From Kitasatospora purpeofusca (lineage in GTDB: Bacteria; Actinomycetota; Actinomycetes; Streptomycetales; Streptomycetaceae): 24,000 nt of DNA. This document shows positions 6,024 through 14,322 of the stretch, in pieces (the first letter of the stretch is position 1; every line of letters starts with the position of its first letter). The stretch spans positions 405,972 to 429,971 of the forward strand of contig NZ_JODS01000002.1 of NCBI RefSeq assembly GCF_000718025.1. Direction: 5' to 3'. Below the pieces are notes generated by a model. It saw nothing but the letters and a program-made list of their open reading frames with translations. It did no database searches and was not told the DNA's origin. Made by a program: the position numbers and the translations under genes.

Positions 6024-7046
6024 GTGAATCCCTCCCGCCCCCTCCTCGCCGCCACCGCCCTGCTCGCCACCACCCTCCTCGCCGCCTGCGGCTCCTCCGC
6101 CGACGGGGGAGGGACCGCCGCCGGCAAGGGCGACAAGGCCGAGGCAGTGCTCCGGCTGCCCGACCCCGGGAACAACGGCTTCCTCGCCCTGGGCAAGAAG
6201 GACGGCTCGCTCGACCGCGCCCTCGCGGCGGTCCACGCCAAGGTCGCCTGGACCGGCAGCGCCGGCCCCTTCGCGCCCGCCGCCCAGGCCCTCTCCGCCG
6301 ACCAGCTCGACGTCGCCCAGGGCTCGATCACCTCCGCCGTCGCCGCGCTCGCCCAGAAGCCCGGCTTCAAGCTGTTCGCCCAGACCGCCCCCGACGGCGT
6401 CGGCGAAGGCATCCTGGTGAAGAACGGCTCGCCCATCAAGACCGTGCAGGACCTCGTGGGCCACAAGGTCGCCGTGAGCCAGGGCGGCACCAGCGAGTAC
6501 CTGCTGCTCAAGGCGCTGGAGAAGAACGGCATCCCGGCGGACAAGGTCGAGCGGGTCTATCTCCGCGCCGACCAGACGGCGGGCGTCTTCAACTCCGGCC
6601 AGGTGGACGCCTGGGCCACCTGGAACACCTTCTCCACCCCGTCGATCGCCAACTCCGGCGCGCACTTCCTGGTCAACGGCAAGGAGGTCGGCTCCGACAA
6701 CTACGCCGTCTGGGCCGTCCGCAACGGCTTCGCCGACAAGCACCCCGAGGTGGTGAAGGCCTTCTACGCCTATCTGCGCGAGAACGGCCTCAAGGAGAAG
6801 GCCGACCCGGCCGCCTACCTCAACGTCTTCACCGACTCCGGGCCGACCGCCGTCACCCCCGCCGAGAAGGACGTCGCCGTCGAGGTGACCCGCCAGGGCG
6901 CCGCCGCCGACGCCATCGGCGAGGCCGACATCGCCCGCTTCGGCACCGTCGCCGCGTTCTTCGCGGAGCAGAAGGTCACCAAGCAGCCGGTCGACGTCAA
7001 GCCCTATCTGATCGACCTCGGGGCGCTCGGCGGTGGCACCAAGTGA
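6024..7046 (+). CDS. ssuA: Aliphatic sulfonate ABC transporter substrate-binding lipoprotein (SsuA family)
   Basis: 340 aa from GTG 6024 (AGGAG 8 nt upstream). Signal peptide with lipobox LAAC. NMT1/SsuA-like body (...HKVAVSQGGTSEYLLLKALEKNGI...VDAWATWN...). Adjacent to permease and ATPase genes. The 829-aa track ORF is an upstream read-through of this frame. Confidence 0.85.
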   Translation: MNPSRPLLAATALLATTLLAACGSSADGGGTAAGKGDKAEAVLRLPDPGNNGFLALGKKDGSLDRALAAVHAKVAWTGSAGPFAPAAQALSADQLDVAQGSITSAVAALAQKPGFKLFAQTAPDGVGEGILVKNGSPIKTVQDLVGHKVAVSQGGTSEYLLLKALEKNGIPADKVERVYLRADQTAGVFNSGQVDAWATWNTFSTPSIANSGAHFLVNGKEVGSDNYAVWAVRNGFADKHPEVVKAFYAYLRENGLKEKADPAAYLNVFTDSGPTAVTPAEKDVAVEVTRQGAAADAIGEADIARFGTVAAFFAEQKVTKQPVDVKPYLIDLGALGGGTK

Positions 7047-7933
7047 CCACCGCCACCCGCCCGTCGGGGGACCGGGCCACCGGCCCGGAGACCGACCCGG
7101 AGACCGAGGCCGCCCGTGCCGCCGGACTGGTCGAACCGCGCACCCGCCGCCGGACCGCCCGCCCCCGCGCCCTCGCGCTGACCCTGCGCGCCCTCGGCCC
7201 GCTGGCCCTGCTCGGCGGCTGGGCCCTCGCCTCCGCCACCGGCGCGCTGACCCAGGACGTACTGGCCTCGCCCGCCCAGGTCGCCGAGGCGGTCGGCGAA
7301 CTGTGGGGCAACGGCCAACTCGCCGACGCCCTCGGCGTCTCGCTCACCCGGGCCGGCCTCGGCCTGCTGATCGGCGCCGGCACCGGCCTGGTGCTGGGCG
7401 TGGTGACCGGCTTCTTCCGCCTCGGCGAGGAACTCCTCGACTCGGCGGTCCAGGTCCTGCGCACCGTCCCCTTCCTCGCCCTCGTCCCGCTGTTCATGGT
7501 CTGGTTCGGCATCACCGAGACCGCGAAGGTCGCGCTGATCGGCGTCGCCACCAGCTTCCCCATGTACGTGTCGACCTCCGGCGGGGTCCGCAACACCGAC
7601 CCCAAGCTGATCGAGGCCATGCGCAGCTTCGGCCTCGGGCGCTGGGCGATCGTGCGCACCGTCGTCCTGCCCGGCGCCCTGCCCGCCCTGCTCTCCGGCC
7701 TGCGACTGTCCATGACGCTCAGCGTGATCGCCCTGATCGCCGCCGAGGAGATCAACTCCACCGAGGGCATCGGCTACTTGATGGCCCAGGCGCAGAACTA
7801 CTCCCGCACCGACATCCTCGCCGTCTGCATCCTGATCTACGGGGTCCTGGGACTCACCGCCGACGGCATCGTCCGCCTGCTGGAGCGGGTCCTGATGCCC
7901 TGGCGCAGGGCCGCCCAGGGAGGCACCCGATGA
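7043..7933 (+). CDS. ssuC: Sulfonate/nitrate/taurine-type ABC transporter permease (SsuC family)
   Basis: 296 aa, multiple hydrophobic segments, EAA-loop-like ...IEAMRSFGLGRWAIVRTVVLPGALP.... GTGA overlap with ssuA and ATGA overlap with the next gene. Confidence 0.9.
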   Translation: MTTATRPSGDRATGPETDPETEAARAAGLVEPRTRRRTARPRALALTLRALGPLALLGGWALASATGALTQDVLASPAQVAEAVGELWGNGQLADALGVSLTRAGLGLLIGAGTGLVLGVVTGFFRLGEELLDSAVQVLRTVPFLALVPLFMVWFGITETAKVALIGVATSFPMYVSTSGGVRNTDPKLIEAMRSFGLGRWAIVRTVVLPGALPALLSGLRLSMTLSVIALIAAEEINSTEGIGYLMAQAQNYSRTDILAVCILIYGVLGLTADGIVRLLERVLMPWRRAAQGGTR

Positions 7934-8718
7934 CCACCACCCCCGCCCCCAACTTCACCGAAGCCGAAGCCGAAGCCGAAGCCGAAGCCGGGACCGGAGC
8001 CGAAGCCGGGACCGGGACCGGGACCACCCCGGCCGTCCATCTGCGCGGCCTGCGTCGGGTGTTCGGCACCCGGGCCGTGCTCGACGGCGTCGATCTCTCC
8101 ATCGCCCGCGGCGAGTTCGTCGCACTGCTCGGCGCCAGCGGCACCGGCAAGACCACCCTGCTGCGGATCCTCGGCGAGCTCGACCGGGCCGACGGCGGAA
8201 CGGTCCTCGTCCCGCCGGTGCGGACGGTGGTCTTCCAGGAGCCGCGGCTGGTCCCCTCGAAGCGGGTGCTGGCCAATGTCACCGTCGGCCTGCCGCGCGG
8301 TGCCGCCACCCGGGAGACCGGACTGAGGGCGCTCGCCGAGGTCGGCCTCGACCGGCACGCCGACGCCTGGCCGGTCACCCTCTCCGGCGGCGAGGCACAG
8401 CGTGCCGCACTCGCCCGGGCGCTGGTCCGGGCGCCCCAACTGCTGCTGCTGGACGAGCCGTTCGCCGCCCTGGACGCGCTCACCCGGCTGCGTATGCAGG
8501 ACCTCGTGGGCGATCTGGTCCGCCGTCACCGGCCGGCCGTGCTGCTGGTCACCCACGACGTGGACGAGGCGGTGCGGCTCGCCGACCGGGTCGCCGTGCT
8601 CCGGGACGGCAAGCTGGTGCGCGACCAGCGCGTGGGTGTCGCCCGCCCGCGCGACCCGGCCGACCCCGCCTTCGCCGACCTGCGCCGTCTGCTGCTCGCC
8701 GACCTCGGCGTCCACTGA
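7930..8718 (+). CDS. ssuB: Sulfonate-type ABC transporter ATP-binding protein (SsuB family)
   Basis: 262 aa. Walker A GASGTGKTT, signature LSGGEAQR, Walker B LLLLDEPF, H-loop VTHD. The N-terminus carries an (EA)5/(GT)n low-complexity repeat. Confidence 0.9.
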   Translation: MTTTPAPNFTEAEAEAEAEAGTGAEAGTGTGTTPAVHLRGLRRVFGTRAVLDGVDLSIARGEFVALLGASGTGKTTLLRILGELDRADGGTVLVPPVRTVVFQEPRLVPSKRVLANVTVGLPRGAATRETGLRALAEVGLDRHADAWPVTLSGGEAQRAALARALVRAPQLLLLDEPFAALDALTRLRMQDLVGDLVRRHRPAVLLVTHDVDEAVRLADRVAVLRDGKLVRDQRVGVARPRDPADPAFADLRRLLLADLGVH

Positions 8719-8812
8719 CACCGCCCGCCACCCTCGCACCGCCCCGCGCGAAACCGCCCCGCCTCCCCCTCGTCCCGCCCCACGCCCCACCCGCACCACA
8801 GGAGCTGATCCC

Positions 8813-9748
8813 ATGGCCATCACCCTCGGCGTCCACGCCAGCAATCCCTCCCTCTACTACCTCTCCCGACTCGACTACCTGGCCGAGGAGTTGGCACCGC
8901 TCGGGGAGACCGGCGAGTTCCACCGCTACACCGACGGGACCCGCACCGGCGAGCTGCTGGCCGAGGGCGTGATCGACTTCGGCGGCACGGGCTCCACCCC
9001 GCCGGTGACCGCCCAGGCCGCCGGCCACGACCTGGTCTACGCTGCGGTCTCGGCGCCCCGGCCCGACCACGGCGCGCTGCTGGTGAGCGCCGACGGACCG
9101 GTGAAGTCGGTCGCGGACCTCAAGGGCGGCACCGTCGTCCTGGCCATCGGCTCCTGGCAGACCCACCTGCTCGCCAAGGCCCTGCACGCGGAGGGCCTGT
9201 CCTACGCGACCGATGTCACGGCCGTCCGCCCGGCGGCGGGGGAGGACCAGGCGCGGCGGCTGCGCGAGGGCGCGATCGCCGGCTGGATCGCCCAGGGCGC
9301 CGAACTGGCGGCCGCCCGGCGCGAGGGCGGGTTCCGCGAGCTGGTCCGCACCGGCGACGTCATCACCGACCGCTCGGTGTTCTTCACCCGGCGCGGCTTC
9401 GCCGTCGACCGGCCCGAGGTGGTCGCGGCGATCGTCACCGCCCTGCGCCGCGCGGACGCCTGGGTGGCCGCCAACCTGTCCGAGGCGGCCGCGATCGCCG
9501 CGGCGGACCTCGGCGGCAGCGCCGAGGACTGGCGGACCGCCCTGGCCGGGCTGCCGTGGCGGCTGGAGCCGGCGAGCGCCGGGTTCGTCGCCGAGCAGCA
9601 GGAGGCGGCCGACATCTTCCACCGGGTCGGCTTCGTCGACCGGCAGGTGGTCGTCGCCGACGCCCGTCTGCCCGCCCTGGAGGCCCCGGTGGCCGCCGCG
9701 GCGACCGCGGACCCGACGGCCGCCGCCGCCGACACCCGGGCGGTCTGA
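8813..9748 (+). CDS. Second SsuA/NMT1-like substrate-binding-fold protein lacking a signal peptide
   Basis: 311 aa from ATG 8813 (AGGAG about 8 nt upstream). Starts MAITLGVHASNPSLYYL... with no hydrophobic leader. Periplasmic-binding-protein type 2 pattern (...DFGGTGSTPP..., ...LKGGTVVLAIGSWQTHLLAKAL...). Confidence 0.75.
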   Translation: MAITLGVHASNPSLYYLSRLDYLAEELAPLGETGEFHRYTDGTRTGELLAEGVIDFGGTGSTPPVTAQAAGHDLVYAAVSAPRPDHGALLVSADGPVKSVADLKGGTVVLAIGSWQTHLLAKALHAEGLSYATDVTAVRPAAGEDQARRLREGAIAGWIAQGAELAAARREGGFRELVRTGDVITDRSVFFTRRGFAVDRPEVVAAIVTALRRADAWVAANLSEAAAIAAADLGGSAEDWRTALAGLPWRLEPASAGFVAEQQEAADIFHRVGFVDRQVVVADARLPALEAPVAAAATADPTAAAADTRAV

Positions 9749-9751
9749 CCG

Positions 9752-10828
9752 ATGGCCTCCGAATTCCTCTGGTACATCATCCCGCGCGAGGGCCACTACC
9801 CCTGGGAGCCGTCCGGACGCCGCCCGGTCGACCTCCGCTACCTCCAGCAACTCGCCGGCAGCGTCGAGCGGTTGGGCTACACCGGCGCGCTGCTGGCGAC
9901 CGACCTGCACGACGTGTGGGACCTCGGCAACGCGCTCGCCGCCGCCACCACCCCGGCGTTCAAGCCGCTGCTCGCCGTGCACCCCGGGCTGATCTCGCCC
10001 ACCCTGCTGGCCAAGATGGCGCTCAGCTTCGACCACCTGCACGGCGGCCGGCTGCGCTTCAACGTGGTCAACGGCTCCACCGAGCAGCTGCGCGAGTACG
10101 GCCTGCACGTCGAGCACGACGACCGCTACCGCCTCAGCGCCGAGTACTGGTCGATCGTCAAGCGCCTCACCGCCGGCGAGGTCTTCGACCACAAGGGGGA
10201 GTTCTACGACCTCCGGAACGCCGGGGCGAGCCTGCGCGAGCTCACCCCGGTCCAGCCGGGCGGCATCCCGCTCTGGTTCGGCGGCAGTTCGGCGGCCGGG
10301 ATCGAGATGGCCGCCGAGCACGTGGACGTGTACCTCACCTGGGGCGAACCGCCGCAGCAGCTCAAGGAGAAGCTCGACCTGGTCCGGGAGCGCGCCGCCG
10401 CGCACGGACGGACCCTGCGGATCGGCCTGCGGCTGCACCTGATCGTCCGCGACACCGAGGACGAGGCCTGGGCCGCCGCCGACCGGCTCCTCGACGTGAC
10501 CAGCGAGGCCACCTACGCCCGCCAGCTGGGCGGGGTGCGCGGCGAGGACGGCGTCGGCTGGCAGCGGCAGTTCCGCCAGCACGGCGGCAAGGTGCCGGCG
10601 CGGGCCCGGGAGCTGGAGGTCCACCCGAACATGTGGCCCGGCATGAGCCTGTTCCGCCCCGGCCCCGGCACCGCCGTGGTCGGATCGACGGCCCAGGTGG
10701 TCGAGCGGCTCCAGGAGTTCGAGTCGCTCGGGGTGGACACCTTCATCCTCTCCGGCAATCCACTGCTGGAGGAGGCCCACCGGGTCGCCGAGACGGTGCT
10801 ACCGGCGCTGGGCGTCCGACGCCGGTAG
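9752..10828 (+). CDS. ssuD: FMNH2-dependent alkanesulfonate monooxygenase (LLM class, SsuD)
   Basis: 358 aa, collinear with E. coli SsuD as I recall it: ...RPVD..YLQQ.A....RLGYTG.L..., ...VD.YLTWGEPP....EK...VR..AAAHGR..R.G.RLH.IVR.T..EAW.AA..L..., ...LSG.P.LEEA.RV.E...P.L. Confidence 0.9.
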   Translation: MASEFLWYIIPREGHYPWEPSGRRPVDLRYLQQLAGSVERLGYTGALLATDLHDVWDLGNALAAATTPAFKPLLAVHPGLISPTLLAKMALSFDHLHGGRLRFNVVNGSTEQLREYGLHVEHDDRYRLSAEYWSIVKRLTAGEVFDHKGEFYDLRNAGASLRELTPVQPGGIPLWFGGSSAAGIEMAAEHVDVYLTWGEPPQQLKEKLDLVRERAAAHGRTLRIGLRLHLIVRDTEDEAWAAADRLLDVTSEATYARQLGGVRGEDGVGWQRQFRQHGGKVPARARELEVHPNMWPGMSLFRPGPGTAVVGSTAQVVERLQEFESLGVDTFILSGNPLLEEAHRVAETVLPALGVRRR

Positions 10829-10982
10829 GGCGCCCGGGAGGAGGGGGAACGGCAGCGGCGAGGTCAGCGCCAGCTGCCGGGCGAAGCGGGCGACGGTCCG
10901 GAGGAGGTACATCCGCACGACGGGCTCCCGAGATCTCGAAGGACGCGTACGGACGGTCCCGTGCCCGCGGTCCAACGAGCGC

Positions 10983-11019
10983 GGTGCCCCGCCGGTCACG
11001 CATCGACCGGCGGGGCACC
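10983..11019. terminator. Strong bidirectional terminator-like hairpin
   Basis: Perfect 15-bp stem GGTGCCCCGCCGGTC / GACCGGCGGGGCACC with a 7-nt loop, followed by GTGTGTT, between convergent ssuD (stop 10828) and the aldo-keto reductase (stop 11063). Confidence 0.75.
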
Positions 11020-11062
11020 GTGTGTTCCGTCCCGGGGGCGCTCCGGCGGCCCGGCGCGCGCC

Positions 11063-12055
11063 TCAGCGGCTGAGCGCGTCGATCTCCGCGAGCTCCTCGT
11101 CCGTCAGCGGACCGCCCGCCAGCGCGTCGAGGTTCTGGTCCAGCTGCCGGACGCTGCTGGCCCCGATGATCACCGACACCACCCGCTCGTCCCGCAGGAC
11201 CCAGCTCAGCGCCAGCTGCGCCAGGGTCTGCCCGCGCCGCTCGGCCACCTTGTTCAGCGCCCGCAGCTGGTCCAGCTTCGCCCCGGTGAGCGCCTCCTCG
11301 CGGAGGAACTTGCCGACCGACATCCGCGACCCGCTCGGCACCTCGCCGGAGAGGTAGCGGTCCGTCAGCAGCCCCTGGGCGAGCGGCGAGAAGGCGATCA
11401 GGCTGGTCCGGGTGTCGGCGACCGCGTCCAGCACGCCCTCGTCCTCGACGTAGCGGTTGAGGATCGAGTAGGAGCACTGGTTCATCAGCACCGGCGTGCC
11501 CAGGTCGCGCAGGATCGCCACGGCCTCCCGGTGCTGCTCCGCCGGGTAGTTGGAGATGCCCGCGTAGAGCGCCTTCCCGGACCGGACGGCGGAGGCCAGC
11601 GCGCCCATGGTCTCCTCGAGCGGGGTGTTCGCGTCGTAGCGGTGCGAGTAGAACACGTCCACGTAGTCGAGGCCCATTCGGCCCAGCGACTGGTCCAGGC
11701 TGGCCAGCAGGTACTTGCGGCTGCCGCCGTCGCCGTACGGCCCGGGCCACATGTCGTAGCCGGCCTTGGAGGCGATGAACAGCTCGTCCCGGTACGGGCG
11801 GAAGTCCTGCGCGAACAGGTGGCCGAAGTTGCGCTCGGCGCTGCCGTACGGCGGACCGTAGTTGTTGGCCAGGTCGAAGTGGGTGATGCCCCGGTCGAAG
11901 GCCCGGCGCAGCACCGCCCGCTGGACGTCCAGCGGTTGGGTGTCGCCGAAGTTGTGCCACAGGCCCAGGGAGACGGCCGGGAGCAGCACACCGCTGCGGC
12001 CGGCCCGGCGGTAGGTCATCGACGCATAGCGGTCATCCGCAGCGAGGTAGCTCAT
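11063..12055 (-). CDS. Aldo/keto reductase, YghZ/Gpr-like (L-glyceraldehyde-3-phosphate reductase family)
   Basis: 330 aa from ATG 12055. MSYLAADDRYASMTYRRAGRSGVLLPAVSLGLWHNFG...ITHFDLANNYGPPYGSAE.NFG...YRDELFIASKAGYDMWPGPYGDGGSRKYLLASLDQSL.RMGL.YVD.FYSHR... is near-collinear with E. coli YghZ. The 113-codon upstream extension in the track is Arg/Gly/Pro junk. Confidence 0.9.
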   Translation of the reverse strand: MSYLAADDRYASMTYRRAGRSGVLLPAVSLGLWHNFGDTQPLDVQRAVLRRAFDRGITHFDLANNYGPPYGSAERNFGHLFAQDFRPYRDELFIASKAGYDMWPGPYGDGGSRKYLLASLDQSLGRMGLDYVDVFYSHRYDANTPLEETMGALASAVRSGKALYAGISNYPAEQHREAVAILRDLGTPVLMNQCSYSILNRYVEDEGVLDAVADTRTSLIAFSPLAQGLLTDRYLSGEVPSGSRMSVGKFLREEALTGAKLDQLRALNKVAERRGQTLAQLALSWVLRDERVVSVIIGASSVRQLDQNLDALAGGPLTDEELAEIDALSR

Positions 12056-12142
12056 GCCGGACATCCTGCCAGGTGGGGACCGGCCGGCCGAGGGACGGGC
12101 CGCGGCCGCCGGGAGCCGCACCCGGGGTGCCGGGGACGGCCC

Positions 12143-12172
12143 TTGCCCGGAGCGCGGGCCGGTGCCTATGCT
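12143..12172 (+). promoter_or_regulatory. Candidate housekeeping-sigma (HrdB-type) promoter, TTGCCC-N18-TATGCT
   Basis: -35 TTGCCC 12143-12148 and -10 TATGCT 12167-12172 (TANNNT). This would start a transcript about 40 nt upstream of the sORF at 12221. Sequence match only. Confidence 0.35.
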
Positions 12173-12220
12173 CGCGGGAGATCGTGGATCGTGCGCGTGC
12201 GAGCGGAGGGGGCCGGAGCG

Positions 12221-12277
12221 ATGTGCGTCCGTGCCGTCGACCTGCGCTGTTGTCGCCCCCGCAGCGCCGCGTGCTGA
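12221..12277 (+). CDS. Candidate 18-codon Cys-rich leader sORF (MCVRAVDLRCCRPRSAAC)
   Basis: ATG 12221 with GGAGGGGG upstream. 4 Cys in 18 codons, including CGC TGT TGT CGC. Lies 140 nt upstream of an LLM monooxygenase gene. Confidence 0.5.
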   Translation: MCVRAVDLRCCRPRSAAC

Positions 12278-12417
12278 ACGCCGGTTCCCGAACTCCCGAC
12301 CGGCCCCGCGCGATCCGACCCTTCGGTGCTGCCCCTGCGTGAGCGGCCGATCGCGGGGCGCTCCGCCGGGCCGCCGCGCCGGCCGTCCGCCCACCGAGCG
12401 CCCCCAAGGAGACCGCT

Positions 12418-13449
12418 GTGCGGTTCATCGTCTCGTCCCTCGCGTCCAATGTGCCCGATCCCGTCACGGGCGTGCGGCGCACTCCGCACGAGAAGGTGCA
12501 CAACATCATCGACCAGGCCGTCACCGCCGAGCGTCTCGGCTTCGACGGCTACGGAGTGGGGGAGCGGCACGGCGAGCCGTTCCTGTCCCCGGCACCGGCC
12601 GTGCTGCTGAGCGCCGTCGCCGCCCGCACCTCGGTGATCCGGCTGTTCACCACCGTCACCGTGCTGTCCGTCGCGGATCCGGTCCGGGCGGCGGAGGAGT
12701 ACGCCCTCGTCGACCAGATCTCCGGCGGGCGCCTCGAGTTGATCATCGGCAAGGGCAACGATCCGCGCCTCTTCGAGCAGTTCGGCCTGGCGGAGGAACG
12801 GCAGTGGGAGGCGCTCGCCGAGAACTACGGTCTGCTGCGCCGGCTCTGGCGGGAGGAGAAGGTGACCTGGGAGGGCAGCACCCGGCCGCCGTTGCACGCG
12901 GTCACCACCTGGCCGCGGCCCCACCAGGAGCCGATCCCGGTCTGGCACGGCAGCGCGACCAGTACGCTCTCCACCGACCTGGCCGCCCGCTACGGCGATC
13001 CCCTGTTCTCGGCCAACACCTCGCACCCGATGGAGCAGTACAAGGCGCTGGTGGACCACTACCGGGAGCGCTGGGAGCACTACGGCCGCGCCCCGGAGGA
13101 CGCCCGGGTCGGCACGGGCTTCGGCGGACTCTTCGTCGCCCGGCGTTCGCAGGACGCGTTCGCCGGCTTCCGCCCGTACTGGGAGGCGATGGCGAAGTGG
13201 GCGGCGGGGCGGCGGGGCGGCTCGACGTTCACCTCGCTGGAGGACGCCGTCGGGCGCGGCTCCCTGCTGGTCGGCAGTGTGGAGCAGGTGATCGAGAAGA
13301 TCCACCGCTATCACGAGGCCTTCGGCAACGAGGTGGTGGGCGTCGGCGTGGACCTGCTCACCGAGGGGGCCCAGCGCGAGCAGCTGGAGCTGTTCGCGGG
13401 CGAGGTCGCGCCGGTGGTCCGGCGCGAACTGCCGTCCCGGCGGCCCTGA
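12418..13449 (+). CDS. LLM class flavin-dependent oxidoreductase (luciferase-like monooxygenase)
   Basis: 343 aa. GTG 12418 with AAGGAG 6 nt upstream. ...AERLGFDGYGVGERHG.PFLSPAP.VLL.AVAARTS.IRL.T.VTVLS..DPVR.AEEYA.VD..SGGRLEL..GKGN... is the typical LLM N-terminal TIM-barrel signature. Confidence 0.85.
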   Translation: MRFIVSSLASNVPDPVTGVRRTPHEKVHNIIDQAVTAERLGFDGYGVGERHGEPFLSPAPAVLLSAVAARTSVIRLFTTVTVLSVADPVRAAEEYALVDQISGGRLELIIGKGNDPRLFEQFGLAEERQWEALAENYGLLRRLWREEKVTWEGSTRPPLHAVTTWPRPHQEPIPVWHGSATSTLSTDLAARYGDPLFSANTSHPMEQYKALVDHYRERWEHYGRAPEDARVGTGFGGLFVARRSQDAFAGFRPYWEAMAKWAAGRRGGSTFTSLEDAVGRGSLLVGSVEQVIEKIHRYHEAFGNEVVGVGVDLLTEGAQREQLELFAGEVAPVVRRELPSRRP

Positions 13450-13664
13450 TCGGCTCCGACGGGCCGCCGCTCCGCCGTCGGTGACGCACCGTGGCCGGCG
13501 GTGGCCCGTGAGGTGACGCGCGCCACGGTCCGCGGGCGAGTGCCGTGCGGTCTTCCTGGGGACGACGATCTCGCAGGGCTGTGGACCGCCGGGGGGCGGC
13601 CCACGGTCCACCGTCCACGGCCGCGGGCCGACCGGGCCGGGTCCGTGGGGCGCATCCCAGGATT

Positions 13665-13708
13665 CTGTACCTACTGGTATGTACAGTCGCTGTACCAGTA
13701 GGTACAGT
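13665..13708 (+). promoter_or_regulatory. Palindromic operator overlapping a candidate leaderless promoter of the tetR operon
   Basis: Perfect 15-bp arms CTGTACCTACTGGTA (13665-13679) and TACCAGTAGGTACAG (13693-13707), built from four CTGTAC/GTACAG half-sites. -35-like TGTACA 13680-13685, 17-nt spacer, -10 TACAGT 13703-13708, and the ATG at 13716 lies 7 nt after the -10. Confidence 0.6.
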
Positions 13709-13715
13709 GACGGCC

Positions 13716-14282
13716 ATGGCAACCCAGGACCGCCTCATCGAGACCACCCAGGAACTCCTCTGGGAGCGCGGCTACGTCGGCACCAGCCCCAAGGCCATCC
13801 AGCAGCGGGCAGGCGTCGGCCAGGGCAGCATGTACCACCACTTCGACGGCAAGTCCGACCTCGCCGCCGCCGCCCTGCGCCGCAGCGCGGAGCAGATGCG
13901 GGCCGTCGCCGAGGCCGACCTCGCCGGTCCCGGGACGGCCTACGAGCGGGTCGCCGCCTATCTGGGACGCGAGCGCGACGCCCTGCGCGGCTGCCGGATC
14001 GGCCGGATGGCCCAGGACCCGGACGTGGTCGCCGACCCCCGGCTGCGCGCGCCCGTCGAGGAGACCTTCGACTGGTTGCGCGGGCGGCTCGCCGCCGTGA
14101 TCGCCGAGGGGCAGGCGAACGGCGAACTGCAGCCCGGGGCCGAGCCCGCCGACCTCGCCGCCGCCGTGGTCGCCGTGGTGCAGGGCGGCTATGTGCTCGC
14201 CCGCGCCGCCGACAGCGCCGAACCGTTCGAGCGGGCCGCCCGCGGCGCCCTCGCCCTGTTCGCCGCCCACCGCCGCGACTGA
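13716..14282 (+). CDS. TetR/AcrR family transcriptional regulator
   Basis: 188 aa. N-terminal HTH ...RLIETTQELLWERGYVGTSPKAIQQRAGVGQGSMYHHFDGKSDL.... No SD, consistent with a leaderless start. Confidence 0.9.
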   Translation: MATQDRLIETTQELLWERGYVGTSPKAIQQRAGVGQGSMYHHFDGKSDLAAAALRRSAEQMRAVAEADLAGPGTAYERVAAYLGRERDALRGCRIGRMAQDPDVVADPRLRAPVEETFDWLRGRLAAVIAEGQANGELQPGAEPADLAAAVVAVVQGGYVLARAADSAEPFERAARGALALFAAHRRD

Positions 14283-14322
14283 GCGGCGGCACAGCTCCCG
14301 ACACGTCCACCCGGAGCCCGCC

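Noticed and set aside
12056-12394. The 113-codon N-terminal extension of the aldo-keto reductase ORF.
   Set aside because: The YghZ/Gpr alignment begins at MSYLAADDRY (ATG 12055). The extension has poor composition and would run across the divergent promoter and sORF region.
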